DNA of 64,000 nucleotides from Antedon mediterranea (GCF_964355755.1 NC_092670.1:14308795-14372794), one strand, 5' to 3'; shown: positions 24,853-38,188, numbered from the stretch's first letter. Notes: generated by a model not told the origin, from the letters alone. Numbers and translations: made by a program.

Positions 24853-25089
24853 ATTGTGAGTCTCCTAAAATTTTTGATTGTCCTGATGGAATCTCGGAAG
24901 TCCCAGACTCAGGATCAAACAGCACATTTGTAACATGGGAAGCTCCAACTGCCACCGATAATTCAAATGATGTAACAATTACCAGTCCGAATACACCTGG
25001 GAGATATTCTGGAGAAACCTTGATCACTTACACTGCAGTAGACAGAGCTGGAAATATAGCAACGTGTATGTTTAATGTTGTGATTGGAG
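24853..25089 (+). CDS. Gene 1 HYR exon
   Basis: DCESPKIFDCPD...CMFNVVIG, 237 nt. Confidence 0.9.
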
Positions 25090-25126
25090 GTAAATACTAT
25101 TTATTATGTGATCATTTAGAATAAAA

Positions 25127-26686
25127 TGATCACCTATTGTTATTGTATCAAATCTTTATTATTCTTCTTCTTCTTCCTCTTCTTTCTGTACACTTTTTGT
25201 TTAACAAATGTCTCAAAAAGTTAAATGTCAATGATTACCAAAATTTCACAATGTCTTTCAAATACTGTAACTTAGTCCTAATAAGCTTTTCAGCATGATC
25301 ACTCATCCGTGACAACACGTACACGCCATTTTGTGAAATCACATTATCAATCATATCTCCATAATTCATTATCACATATTAATGAAATTCACTACATGTA
25401 AACTTCAGGTCAAGGTAAAAAATATTAGCAAATAAAAACCTGCGAGTTTCAAGGTCATGCGCATGAAATCGTGCGTTAAAATTTTAAAAAGCTCAAAATT
25501 AGGTTTTGATCAATTTAGAGCATGAATTAGGCCATTTGCGCGTTTCAAAAAATTACTGCGCAAAAACACGTTTTTGCGCACGCGATTCGTAAAAAATGAA
25601 ATTTGATGTATACATCACATTCTACACACAATCCTTAGTACATTCTCCGATTTTGAGTCCAGTCCGACTTAAAATAACGGTATACGAGCACATTAAAAAA
25701 GATAAAATGCGCACATTAATTTCACAAAAGTTCTGAAAATGGTGAAATATATGTCTTTTTTAAAATGAAAATAACTCTTCAGAATGCACGATGACCCCTA
25801 AGTTTTTTAACTTATTCGGGAAGCCATTGAGTTGTAGATATAAATGTATATACACATTAGACGTACAAAATGGTATTACGTCATCATAATGGCCACTTCA
25901 ATTAAAAAAATAGTAATTTTTATCTTTTTGTGTGGTTTATCACATTCAAAAGATTGCATCTCCGTTATTTGAACTCGATTTTCGCACAAATTTTAGTATG
26001 TGCTTGCTCAATTAATTATCTTTCTCATGAGTTGTCAATATTTTTATTTTGATGACGTCATCACGCGTAAAAACTTGAATAACCTAGGTCGTGTAATTTC
26101 AGCTACACCATACATTTGAATATCTTATAGCTCTTCAGAATTAAAGGTGACCTTGAAGATTATAACTTATTATGAAAGCTGATAAAATGTAGATATGAAT
26201 TCATATAAAAATTAAGCCTATCGGATGTTGTGATGTTATAATATGGCCAGTTGAAGTTAAAACGTAGTTTTTAAATTTCTTTAGTCGAAGTTATACAAAT
26301 TTCAAAGAGCACGCATTGCGCTTCTACGTGTCAAATTATCTTCCAATCCTTATATTTATTTGCTCAATTCATTATCTTTCGAAATTGTAATCTTCGAGTT
26401 TATTTTGATAATTCCATCATAACAAAAAATTAGAACATGATGTGGGTATCATAATTTTACTTATGCTACACTGTATATAGATATACAGTATATACTGTAC
26501 ATATTGTATATGACACTTATGGCACCCCTCAGCGCTATAAGTGTATATGCATCATGTCATAGGATGGCGTACATCAACTTTTTACGATGGTATGTTAACG
26601 TACGTGCATGTTTAAACAATGTTAATTTCATTAAAATGATAAAAATTATCACCTATAATTCGTCAAAGTGACGAATTAAATTCTAG
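25127..26686 (+). mobile_element. Non-autonomous rolling-circle (Helitron/Helentron-like) element
   Basis: atcacctat near both ends, (CTT)n microsatellite near the 5' end, 3' hairpin aattcgtca-aag-tgacgaatt followed by CTAG|T; internal similarity to 48.7-50.1 kb host sequence. Confidence 0.5.
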
Positions 26687-26739
26687 TTATTATTGTTATT
26701 ATTATTATTATCATCAAACTTTGATTAGTGAGTGAGTGA

Positions 26740-26880
26740 GTGAGTGGCCGAGCAGTTAAGACAGTGGAACCGTAATACATACAGTACAGTAGCTAGGGTT
26801 CGATGCTCATTCACTCCATTGTCCTGGTGTCTTCTTTGGATAAGCACTATACACTGTAGGTTCAGTTTACACTTTGAAGA
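26740..26880 (+). mobile_element. tRNA-derived SINE fragment (same family as 46787 and 14697)
   Basis: gtgagtggccgagcagttaagacagtggaaccgtaat...GGTTCGA, shared with 46787-46960. Confidence 0.6.
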
Positions 26881-27173
26881 ACCTAGTAAATCTTTCTGTG
26901 GAAAGATTATGTATACTACTGCACCAGATACATTTACCGTATATCAATTGATAAAACTTCATATTATCATTAGTGAATATTCGACTATTTCAGTATGTTG
27001 TCAAATTAGTAAATACTAATACCAGTACTAGGCACTTTGTGGTAATTAACCATGCATAAGATAGAGCTCAAAATCTTTAATTATGTGGTTGAAAGTAAAT
27101 ACTAGTTTTTTTTGCTGGAGACTGGCCAATTCATTTTATTTATGAATACTTAAAAAAAAAATTGTATTTACAG

Positions 27174-27431
27174 ACAGTGAAGCACCAACATTTGAAAATT
27201 GTCCGACAAGTAGTATTAATTTTACAACGACTGAAGGTGAAAGTTATGTAAATGTTAGCTGGGTTACCCCTACTGCAGAGGACAATGCAGGGCCAAGTGG
27301 CATCACCATAACGGAACCAAACAATGTCCTTCAGTATTCTAATCTAGAAATAGGAGTTTACGAATTAACGTACGTAGCAACAGACGAAGCTGGAAATAGT
27401 GTCTCTTGCATGTTTTCAGTTATGGTTTTAG
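27174..27431 (+). CDS. Gene 1 HYR exon (absent from ORF track)
   Basis: DSEAPTFENCPT...CMFSVMVL, 258 nt. Confidence 0.88.
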
Positions 27432-27916
27432 GTAAGCAAAATGTTTTATTTGGCTGGGATAATCCTTTCATCATTCGACAATTAATCTAAAATAATTAAT
27501 GTTCTTTAACATTTTAATACATATTTCTTTATATCATTTTTAATTATTAATAATATAGCAGTAATTACAGTAGTATAATCTATCTATCAATAGAGCTACT
27601 TATAAATTGTAAACCCATACACAAGAGCTGAATTTAGTTTATTAAAGGTAAGGGACAGTGATTATGCCAATACCAGACTCTGCAAAGCGAAAACTTTCCA
27701 AGGCATACTTGTTTTGTAGTTCACAAAAAAAAAATCACCATTAAAAATGTATTGGGGATACCAGAATTTCAAGATAACATATTAGGTCTATCCCAGGGTA
27801 TCTACTGTTTGGAAAGTTTACTATATTTCTATTCTATTCTAAGACAATAATATGAAATGAAAATCTTCTATTTTAGAGAATGTTTGCAAAATTGTTTCCA
27901 TATAATCTTTCTTTAG

Positions 27917-28162
27917 ATAATGAAAACCCAAGTTTTGATGATTGTCCACCAAATTTGGAATTTGAAACTGTAGTTGGAAGCATCAATACTACAGTCACCT
28001 GGACTGTACCAAGTGTTTCAGATAATTCAAATGAAGTCATCACCCCTACAAGCTCCATACAGCCAAACACAGTTGTTGCCATAGGAACATCAGTAGTGAC
28101 TTACACAGCTAAAGATTCCTCAAATAATGTGGCTATGTGTAGCTTTGCTATAACTGTTAATG
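27917..28162 (+). CDS. Gene 1 HYR exon
   Basis: DNENPSFDDCPP...CSFAITVN, 246 nt. Confidence 0.9.
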
Positions 28163-28739
28163 GTAAGGATGTATGTGATGTATATTTTAATTTGAATATA
28201 ATATTGCCTCATATGTTTATAATCCTCATATGTCTGCAGATTGGATTAGGCTCCTCTACATTATACTGTATATAATATGTTGTTTTGTGTAGAGCACTCT
28301 CCATTCGAAATGGTGCTTTTCGTTGTGAATACTATTAGCATTTTGCATAGCACGCTCATAGCGTTTACTGTATGTACACTTTGTGTCAGCGTACCATGTC
28401 CTACATAACTGGATCAGACTATATATTGTACCGTTCTGCGGTACATATTATTTCAAAACCTGAACTGCACTCACAAGATCCAATAAGATTGAAACATTAC
28501 TGTCTGCGAATATATGTATATATCTTAAATATGATATTTGGGAATATGGGTTGGCAGTAGTGTTGAAACATATACCATATTGCTCACAGAAAAGTAATCT
28601 CTTAATAGAGGTATCCCTTGAATAAAGGTGTCCTCTGAAGAGGGATCTCCCAAAACAGGAGTTCTGTATTTAAAATCTCCAGTTGCTGGCTATGCTACTC
28701 AGAATGTTGTTATTTATAATACTTTTTTTTACTTCATAG

Positions 28740-28985
28740 CTGGAGAAGCACCCGAGTTCACCTCTTGTCCTGATGATACTATAGAATTTCCCACAAGTCC
28801 AGGTGTGGCTACTGGAATTGCAACATGGGACCAAGTAGTTGCTGAAGATAACATAGGAACACCAGAGTTGACGCAGTCGCATATGTCAAATACAACATTT
28901 TCCCTAGGAACAACTACTGTTGAATACAATGCTACGGACAGTGTGGGAAACACTGCTATGTGTACTTTTACTGTTGATATAAAAG
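28740..28985 (+). CDS. Gene 1 HYR exon
   Basis: AGEAPEFTSCPD...CTFTVDIK, 246 nt. Confidence 0.9.
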
Positions 28986-29191
28986 GTGCATTTTGTTCTA
29001 TGCTTTTGGAGAATTAGGGACCATGTCAATCATTGAATGAACAAACTAAAAAACAGACACAATATTACAGTAAAAAACAATTTACAGTAGTTATTGTAGT
29101 ATCTGCTGAAGAATAATGTTGAAATTATCTCTCAATGTATGGACTCTCTATAGAGACGACACATAAATCATTTTCTTTTCTTGGTTATCAG

Positions 29192-29419
29192 ATATGGAAG
29201 ATCCTGTGTTTGTAAATTGTCCAGGAAATCTGTACTTAAATGAAACAAACGTTGCTCATTGGCAACCCCCTACAGCTACGGATAATGCTGGAACGGTTAC
29301 GATCGTCTCTACCGATTCGCCTGGAGTTGCTTATGCTATTGGCGACCTAACTGTTGTCTATACAGCAACTGACGAGTCAGGTAATACAGAGATGTGTAGC
29401 TTTGACATTACTATCACAG
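29192..29419 (+). CDS. Gene 1 HYR exon
   Basis: DMEDPVFVNCPG...CSFDITIT, 228 nt. Confidence 0.9.
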
Positions 29420-30071
29420 GTAATTTGATTCAAATTCTGTCATTAATATTAGGATGTATTTTCTACATGATTTTAGCCTTTGTCTTAACATATCTCCCTC
29501 CATGGTCTTACAGCCCAACTAGACTAAATATCCTCTTGTGTAGTACTGCTGCTGCTCTTTTCTTTGTCCACAACCCCAACTCTTCTGAAAGCTGCACTGG
29601 GTTCTAAGTGTGCATGAGCCAGATACACTGGATTGTTGAAGTACAATTAAATTATCAATGAATGGACCTCCAGTTGACTTTTCTACTTAGACTTTTTCTA
29701 CCAATCATTTACTCAACAACAATTTAACCTCACGTTAAACTTCATTTGCTTGTCCTATCCAATGGTTTGTCTAGAAAACGTTGGCCTAAGACGACCTAGG
29801 AAAAGTTAGCGGCTTTCGCTCGCTGTGGGTGAAACTAATTATTACAGGCGACGATTGTTCACTCCATAGTCCATGGGAGGTATTTTGCTATCCAATAAGA
29901 AGCGTTTTAATAGACATCCGGTTGTGTCTTTAGGAGCACCCTGTGTCATCAAAAGTAAGTCATGTTATGTGCTACAAGCAGCACTCACTTTCAATTTGAA
30001 TTCTAGTCCCAAACGTATTTGGACTATTTGCTGGGTTATCAAGACATTATAAATCTGTTTCTTATATATAG

Positions 30072-30314
30072 TTTTGGGTACACCAGTTGTTCAAGATTGT
30101 CCTGAAATGACAATAGAAGCTGAAACTACAGGGGATGATATGACAGTTGAAGTTACATGGGCAGAACCAACAGCCATTGATGATGGTGAAGTTACTACAG
30201 AATCAACGCATGATCCTGGGGATATGTTCGACATTGGCACCACAACTGTTAGATACACGTTCACAGATGAAGATGGCCAAGAGTCTGTCTGTTCATTTAA
30301 TGTTGAAGTTACTG
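30072..30314 (+). CDS. Gene 1 HYR exon
   Basis: VLGTPVVQDCPE...CSFNVEVT, 243 nt. Confidence 0.88.
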
Positions 30315-30586
30315 GTAAGATATTTAGTTCAGCCAAGAAATTTTATACAAATAATGTTTATGTATTTATTTATTTAAGAACAATAGAATATCATCCGCTA
30401 ACAAATGTCTGTTTCATTGCATGAATATTAACACATTGATGGGTTGTTCTGCTGCGACGTCATCCAATATCTCCGCTTCATAATTTCTTTGAAGTTAGCG
30501 GTGTATTGTAAAGCAGGCAAGAATGAACTTCCCAGAGCAACAGTGTCATTTCTAAATTAATAATATTATTTGTTTGTTTTTTTTAG

Positions 30587-30838
30587 CTGCTCCAGACGAA
30601 ACTGACCCTGTGATAACTTGCCCTGAAAACATAGAAATGTCTCTAGGCCCTAATGAGATTGAGATAACTTTGAGTTGGGAACCTGCAACAGCTGTAGACA
30701 GTCGAGATGGAGATTTAGAAACATCATCAACATACAATATGAACACACCATTTTCAGAAGGGACAACATCTATTGAGTACTTCGCATTTGACAGTTCTAA
30801 TAACGAAGCATCCTGCACGTTCATGGTTACAATTAATG
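30587..30838 (+). CDS. Gene 1 HYR exon
   Basis: AAPDETDPVITCPE...CTFMVTIN, 252 nt. Confidence 0.88.
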
Positions 30839-31582
30839 GTAAGTTTTTCTTTACTTTATTCATTCATTCCCATTTTCCGCCTAAAAACAATTCAATTCAA
30901 TTATTTATTTCCTCAAGCTCAAAAGTGTCTTGCTTGTCACGTATAAACAAAATATGATAAAATGGGTAAAACACAGAAATTACGACACCAAAATAAAAGT
31001 GCATCAAACACAAAAAAATCATAAAAACTTAAAAGCAAGACAAGTAGTAAAAATATCATACAATTGTATGAAACAGTGTCATATAAAAAGTGGATAAAAA
31101 TATGTTCACCTGAAAACATTTTTTATTAAAAAACCTCATACCAGAAGGGAGAAAAGAAATTAAAAATTATACATAATGTAAATAAAATAAATTAAGGATC
31201 TTCCACACCTGTTCCGGCACGGTCACGGTTTGACGCCAGCAAGTCAAAACGAACATTCAATCAATTGTTTGTTTTCACAACGCTTCTTGCGGATATGCAC
31301 CAATCGATATGCATATGTGAAAACCCTTTGCACAGGATTGAATATTAGAAAACTCAAACTATAAATACCTGTTCACACTGCATACGTTTATTGCAACTTG
31401 TAACATGTTTTGATCTCCTGATTTATAACAGTACGTTTCTATACACATATTTGCGAAGTATAGTAGCGCTCTTGAAATTCATTTAATAAAAGTATTTATT
31501 TCATTTTTTCTGTTTTTTTCGGAGTCTTTTTCTTATTTATTGTTTAAATTGTAAAATAAAAGTATATTTCATTTTTTTTCAG

Positions 31583-31840
31583 CATATGTAGATACAGTAA
31601 GTCCCGTATTTACAGAATGTCCTGATAATGTAACCAAGCAAACTTTAGAAGGAACATCAGTTAATAGTGCTGAATGGAACGAGCCAGAGGCTACTGATGA
31701 TAATGGGGAACCAGTTGTTGTGCAGGTAACACAATTTTCCTCAGGGGAAAATTTTTCATTTGGCACAACTGCAGTAAGATATGAGGCAACGGATATAGCT
31801 GATAATACTGCTGTTTGTGAATTTTTTGTCACAATCGAAG
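31583..31840 (+). CDS. Gene 1 HYR exon (+ strand; track shows only the antisense ORF)
   Basis: AYVDTVSPVFTECPD...CEFFVTIE, 258 nt. Confidence 0.85.
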
Positions 31841-32130
31841 GTTAGTTTTGATGGCATGGTTTGATCCTAGGAAATCTTAGAAAAATTGTTTGAACACTAC
31901 AGTTCAAATCAAAATATTTAAATCAAATAGTAAAAAATACACAAAACTCAAACATATGCTAGTTCTCCGATGTACTATTTAAAGTTTAGTCCACAGAAAC
32001 ATTAAACAAGTTTTGAACCAATACAAGGCTTTAAATATGAATATCGTAGCAACAAAGTGATGTCATTCGATCCTGTGATATCAGGCCATACATATAGAAA
32101 TTTGTAACATGTGTTATTTATTACTCTTAG

Positions 32131-32391
32131 ATGATGAAGATCCTACGTTTTCTAACTGTCCTGGTCCAATAGACCAAAATACAATCCCAGGAACCCTTAC
32201 TGCTGAAGTAGAATGGACACCACCGACTCCTTCCGATAACGTAGAATTAAAAGCTGTTGAAGGGGGTCAGTTTTTCAGTTGCAACTATAACTCGGGGGCT
32301 GTGTTTGATGCTGGGACAGAAACTGTTACTTGTACGGCAACTGACACGTCTGGCAACATAGGAACATGTTCATTTGATGTTACTGTTACTG
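32131..32391 (+). CDS. Gene 1 HYR exon
   Basis: DDEDPTFSNCPG...CSFDVTVT, 261 nt. Confidence 0.9.
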
Positions 32392-32640
32392 GTAAGTCAG
32401 TATAGTATCATCATTAAATCACGTGATTGATAATCCGAAAATCATTGCAGTTACTGCAGTAACTACCTGTATTCAATGCAGATTCATTCACGGCAATAAA
32501 CTGTGTGTATGATGTTTTTAAAATACCCTTAATTAAGTAATTGTATAGACAAGTTAAATGTAGTTACTGCAGTAAATTTTGGTGCACTTTTAGGTTTTAC
32601 AATATTTATTAACATGATATGATTTATGTTGTTACTTTAG

Positions 32641-32774
32641 TGTTACCTGATAGCGAAAGTCCCACGTTTGACAGCTGTCCCGAAGATCAGTCGCGCGTTG
32701 TTGGTGCAACCACAGCAACTACTTCTTTTACGTGGAATGTTCCAACAGCCACAGACAACTCTGGAATGGTCACG
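32641..32774 (+). CDS. Gene 1 HYR half-exon (N-terminal half)
   Basis: VLPDSESPTFDSCPED...DNSGMVT|gtaaat, phase 1-0. Confidence 0.85.
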
Positions 32775-33100
32775 GTAAATTTACTAATATTAATCAAGAT
32801 TAAAGAAACACATCATACACCATACTAATGCACTGTTGTATTCAGGCTAGACAAACTGCATGATTATTGGATGTTGCTTTTTCCAGCGTTAACTTTTTTC
32901 CAGCAAACTATTGTACATTTGTTGATGATCTTAGCTACCAATTATTATCTCTATTGATGTTATGTTTCCCTTTTCTTATGCATAACATCTTTTACCTTTC
33001 TTTTGTCTGTCTGTCTGTCTACATACAATACAACTAGTTTCATACATTTTTTTTTAAATTACAGAACGTGTATTAACTGTTTTTTATCTTATTTACCTAG

Positions 33101-33227
33101 GTAACTTCAATTGATGGTTATAAACCTGGAGATTCCTTCACAGCTGGAGAGATGACACTTGTCACTTACACAGCCGTTGATCCAACAGGCCTTCAAACTA
33201 TATGTTCATTTACAATTGAAGTTATAG
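33101..33227 (+). CDS. Gene 1 HYR half-exon (C-terminal half)
   Basis: cctag|VTSIDGYKPGDSF...CSFTIEVI G|gtaat, phase 0-1. Confidence 0.85.
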
Positions 33228-33837
33228 GTAATTTATTTATTATTTCATGTTATTTATTTTTTTGTGAATTGTGAAGGCATGAAAATTGTGGTATTAATAA
33301 TGATAATTCAAAAAGGGAAATTTGTTTGCATAAATCCACCATCATTCGTAAAGAAAATAAATTGGAAAACTGGAATTAGATGGTTAGATATGGAGCACCA
33401 TTTATACAACATTTCGGTACGGCAGGTAACGAAGAGTAATGTTGATAATAAATGAAATAATAAATACATGATTGTTTGCAGCACATAATATTTATATAAT
33501 ATATATATACATATTTATATTTATTCAGTTACCTCAGACTGTTTTATTTTTCCTTTTACACCAGATACTCAGTGCTGTATCTTCACATGTGAAAATATTT
33601 GAATCAGTATCAAGGAAAATTCCGTATTACAGTGTATCATGTGTTCATTTGTGACGCCTTTGTCATGGAGTGTTATGTGAAGAATTTGGTTAGGTCTATG
33701 GTGTCACATGTGAAACACACGAGTTGCTATATCATGGGATTTGCTTATGATATTGGAGATATTTTGTAGATACAGTGCCGATAATAGAATGTCTTTTCAT
33801 GAAAAATTAAGGAGTTTTACTTATTCTTGTTATTCAG

Positions 33838-34083
33838 TTGATGATGAGCCTCCTAATTTTAGCAACACATGTCCAGACAATATAGTTGTTACGAATCCAG
33901 ATCCACAAACATCGGCTAATGTTTCTTGGACTCCTCCAGTCGCCACAGATACATCGGAAATATTCACTCAAATCTCAAATATGCCTTACACTGATTTTCC
34001 ACTTGGTACTACCACTGTGACTTATACATTTATTGATGCATTTACTAATCAGGCCGTGTGCGAATTTGATGTTCTCGTACAAA
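33838..34083 (+). CDS. Gene 1 HYR exon (last of the tandem run)
   Basis: VDDEPPNFSNTCPD...CEFDVLVQ, 246 nt. Confidence 0.9.
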
Positions 34084-34484
34084 GTAAGTAGTTAAATTGT
34101 GTTGGTTAGTTGGGTGTGAAGTAATGGAAGTAGTTATGTTATGTAAACATTATCCAGTATCATGGCTGAAAGGAGGATAGTGAGTAACGAGACAACAGAA
34201 AGTGAACGATTAGAATCTAATGGAATCTACAAGGTGACTTTCATAATAAACCAGCCAACATATAATCAAAGTTTTACTATTAATAATCAAACTCATGACT
34301 TACTATCTCTCGCCCCCTGAACCTCTACAGTATATACACATTGACCCCATCTTGAAATATACAGTTTATTCAGTGCTATGTAGCAAAAACATACCCATGT
34401 TTAAATAGAAATTAAAATCATAAAAACTGTTGGGGCTTCGATTGTTGAAATTATCGATTTAAAACTTGTTTTATTATTATGTAG

Positions 34485-34598
34485 ATGAAGATTTGTGTGA
34501 ACCGACTCCCTGCATGAATGGCGCTACATGCACGAATGATGGCTTTGACTACACCTGTGCATGTGCCTCAGGGTGGACTGGAACCAATTGCGATGCAG
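34485..34598 (+). CDS. Gene 1 EGF exon
   Basis: EDLCEPTPCMNGATCTNDGFDYTCACASGWTGTNCDA, phase 1-1. Confidence 0.9.
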
Positions 34599-35168
34599 GT
34601 AATCTTGTACATCACTAACAATACAGAGCAGACCTTCCAACTCTCCTGATAATCGAGGGAGTCTTCCGATTTTGTCTTTTTAAGTTGAAGAGTATGAGAA
34701 AGTGTTTCAAATAAAAACCAGTTCACTTTATATCATTTGTATACATTTCCTCATTCAACAAAAAATGCTGATAAAACTTTGTTTGTTACCTCAATGTTTG
34801 CACTAGACTTGAAGAATGGTAAATTTAGCCAAGGCCATTTTACCATTTTTGTCCTTGGATAATTTCATGTTATCATGGTTTATCACAATTTACCTGTGTG
34901 TGGTGATCATGATTCCTGGAGTCTTGCATTTTAGATTGCACTTTTTAGTCACCATGGTTAGTTTTACCGATACCATGGTAAGTTCTACTGGGCAGGCAGT
35001 GGTTAGTAAAATTTGTTTGGTTAATTTAGCCAGTATTGGGATTGGCGGTTCTTGGTCAACTTGGCCGGTTACCCAGATAAGTGCCAGTTACCAGTCCAGT
35101 GCGATCAAAAACTAGATGGTTGTTTATTATTTATCATGTATTGATTTTTTTTTCACCTTTATTTACAG

Positions 35169-35291
35169 ACATTAACGAGTGTGACAATGCTCAAGCATGT
35201 GATTCTCAATTTACTTGTGAAAATGTTGACGGCTCCTTTTTATGTAATTGTCCAACTGGTCAAGCACTGAACAGCGTGAATCAGTGTGAAA
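35169..35291 (+). CDS. Gene 1 calcium-binding EGF exon
   Basis: DINECDNAQACDSQFTCENVDGSFLCNCPTGQALNSVNQCE. Confidence 0.9.
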
Positions 35292-35707
35292 GTAAGAGAG
35301 TAATCCCATTTTTATACTATTTGTACATTAATCCAATGAGCAACTTCCTTTTACTTTATAGTGAGAGAGATAATTTGGGTTAAGTTATATTTAGGAAATA
35401 GCTACTGTATCTTCCACATGAGAGTCCCCAACTTAAGTGTTCCCTAAAACAAAACACTACAATGCTTGGTACTTCACTTTGACAGATTATAAATTGCAAA
35501 TACATATAAACATTAGTTACTTATTACTAATTATAGTAGAAACTTTCTCTCATCAATGACAAGTGACAGCGAAGTTTTAATAATCTATTGCATATGATTG
35601 GTCAAATTTCTAAAAAAATCATTTGTATTATGCCTTAAATAAGACAGCTATTATTAAAGTTATGCTGCATTATTATTATTAAACAGGAAAGTTTATAAAA
35701 TCCTCTA

Positions 35708-35827
35708 AAGCTAACACTATCAAACTTTATGTGACAAAAAAATGTGATGTGCCCATATGTGGACACGATGATGTCATATCACTACCATATTTGGGCATAT
35801 CATTACTATATTTGGGCACATCACATT
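35708..35827. repeat. Dispersed MITE-like repeat (second copy about 38470-38620)
   Basis: Shared actttatgtgacaaaaa...gatgatgtcatatcactaccatattt. Confidence 0.6.
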
Positions 35828-35870
35828 GGTAAGTTCAACATTGACTAATCAGTTTGATTGTATTACTTAG

Positions 35871-35980
35871 CGGGAATGTCAATCACTGGTGAAATAACTA
35901 CTGAGGGAGATTATACTGATGACCTCTCTGATTCTGCATCAGTTGCATTCCAGACATTGGCCAGTCAGTTTATTATTGAG
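35871..35980 (+). CDS. Gene 1 SEA domain 1, exon a
   Basis: TGMSITGEITTEGDYTDDLSDSASVAFQTLASQFIIE|gtaag, phase 1-0. Confidence 0.8.
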
Positions 35981-36559
35981 GTAAGAGATTACATAATTCT
36001 TTTCTCCCATCTGCTATGAAGTTTATTAATACACACTGTTTATTGCAGTGACTGCCTAATAAACTTTAACATTTAACAAACTAAAGTCATACATGAATAC
36101 AGTAAAAAATGTAGTGTAGGGAGGATGGTTGGATGTGAATTACCTTGGTTGACTAGATCTATCATGAACGGTTGCGTAATATGTTTAGAGTGATATGGAA
36201 TGATGTTAGTCATCCCCTTAACTCGGACATTACCGACTGCCTTATGGAACGTAGTGGTAGACTGAGGCTGCCACAGGGATCCACTGAACGCCATCGTCTC
36301 TCCTTCCTCCCAAGGGGCATACAAAACTATAATGAAAGATAAGGGAATTTATTACGATACACTATTATTGTTGTTATTATTATTACCACACTTATGTATT
36401 AGGCTTATCATTTATCTTTTCTTTACGGCATTGTTATTAGACAGCAACACAATTTCCCAAGTTGGGATGAATAAAGTTTCCTTGTATCCTTGTAATTGCA
36501 GTATAATAATGTTGATATGGTCCCTTATAGATTAAACGTTTATATGTTTGTGCTTTTAG

Positions 36560-36779
36560 ATTCTTCGAGTACTTCAAGCCAATCTGTTTGGTGTGTTTGA
36601 TGTGATAATAATAAGTTTTAGATCAGGAAGTATTGTAGCAGATTTTGTTGTGATTGTCAACGGGTCGTCGAATATAACAGCGACAGATATTCAAATACAA
36701 TTAGACAATGACATTCAGGAGAATAACGGAATGCTAGGAGAATTGAATGTGACCGGCAATGGGGTGATGGTCATAGAAG
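36560..36779 (+). CDS. Gene 1 SEA domain 1, exon b
   Basis: ILRVLQANL...SFRSGSIVADF..., phase 0-1. Confidence 0.85.
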
Positions 36780-37054
36780 GTATGTTGCATAGTAATCTAG
36801 ATTATAGACTGAGTTACTGTATGACTTAATAAAAAAGATAAACATTTTGGCACATATGGCGTTTCGTATGTAGACTACTTGAGCTCACTGACAAAATTCG
36901 AAATAATGACTGGTGGACTAACATAAAAAAGATAATAATTACTACAAAGACAATAAATAAAGATTTGGGCAAAATAGAGAGAGAGAATATACAATTTATC
37001 TTATATTACAATTTGATTCTATTTAAACTTTGTAACTGCACATTTGAATTTCAG

Positions 37055-37127
37055 TGGTGTGCGAAGATGGCTACTGCAAAAATGGAGGTGTCTGCTCCAT
37101 AACCAACGATTATAATAGCTTATGCAC
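37055..37127 (+). CDS. Gene 1 EGF, exon a
   Basis: VVCEDGYCKNGGVCSITNDYNSLC, phase 1-2. Confidence 0.85.
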
Positions 37128-37323
37128 GTAAGTTCAAAGGTCATTCTGTTTTTTCTTCAGCCACCATGTAAACCCTTCAAATGTATTCTACTGCAGTTAC
37201 TGCAGTAATTAAATTTGTCTTTTTTTGAGTAATCATACACATTGTTTATTGCAAATATAAATGATACATTGATCCCTAACCAATATTGTATACTTAATTT
37301 GCAATTTGTTTTCTTTTTATCAG

Positions 37324-37367
37324 TTGTGTTGAGCCATACACTGGAACCACTTGTGAAGAATTAATTG
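37324..37367 (+). CDS. Gene 1 EGF, exon b
   Basis: CVEPYTGTTCEELI, phase 2-1. Confidence 0.8.
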
Positions 37368-37933
37368 GTAAGTTTGAAAGGAATCCATGGTATGATAATT
37401 TGAAAGTATTTAGTGCACATTTATAGTAGGCCTATGATATTTCCCGGACAAACCATTGTAAACATTTGACATTTATTTTTGTTGATGTGATGCAAGGCCA
37501 ACATATAATAATGTGAATAATAGATTAAATAGTTTTAAAAAATGTCAACATCGCTCTTTTGTGTTGAAAATGTTCGTTAACGTTTATCGTTATTAATATG
37601 TATATTTTGCCATATATATATATATATTTATTATTGGAAAACGACAAGAAAAATGACTAAATAATGACATCACCACTTTCATTGCCAACTTCAAGTAGTA
37701 TTCCAAGTTAATATAGTATATCTAGGCTCCAAATGTCTCATAACAGTTTAGTTACGTATTATAGACTATGGTAAATTGAGATAATTTGATGAAATATATT
37801 TTCAGAGATGACTTTTTTTATTTCAATGACAATTTTCAGGTAATATTGATAGACCTATGTGAAAAACTCTTATATTCCCAATATTGCAGCATATTAGTCG
37901 TTAATTACTTATTTTTGTATTCCTCTATCATAG

Positions 37934-38188
37934 ATTCTGTGGATCCAGTATTTACAGAATGTCCAGCTATGATTACGTATAATGTGTTGTCGGCTTCAGA
38001 AACAGTACTTGTTCGTTGGACCGCTACAGCCACTGATAATTCTGGTATACCTTCTCTGATGTCAGACCCGTACACGTCCGGTGAATCTCGACTAGGTCCC
38101 GGAGTTTATACAAATGTGGTAACAGCAGAAGATGAATATGGCAATGAAGCCATGTGTACCATTCGAATAACTGTACAGACTGCACAGA
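37934..38188 (+). CDS. Gene 1 isolated HYR exon
   Basis: DSVDPVFTECPA...CTIRITVQTAQ, 255 nt. Confidence 0.88.

Noticed and set aside
30700-30720. Integrin-binding RGD motif
   Set aside because: The sequence is RDGD, not RGD.
599-34091. Treating each 60-140 aa ORF as a separate small gene (operon-like array)
   Set aside because: Similarity starts and stops exactly at ag/gt sites with constant phase; ORF ends are intronic read-through.
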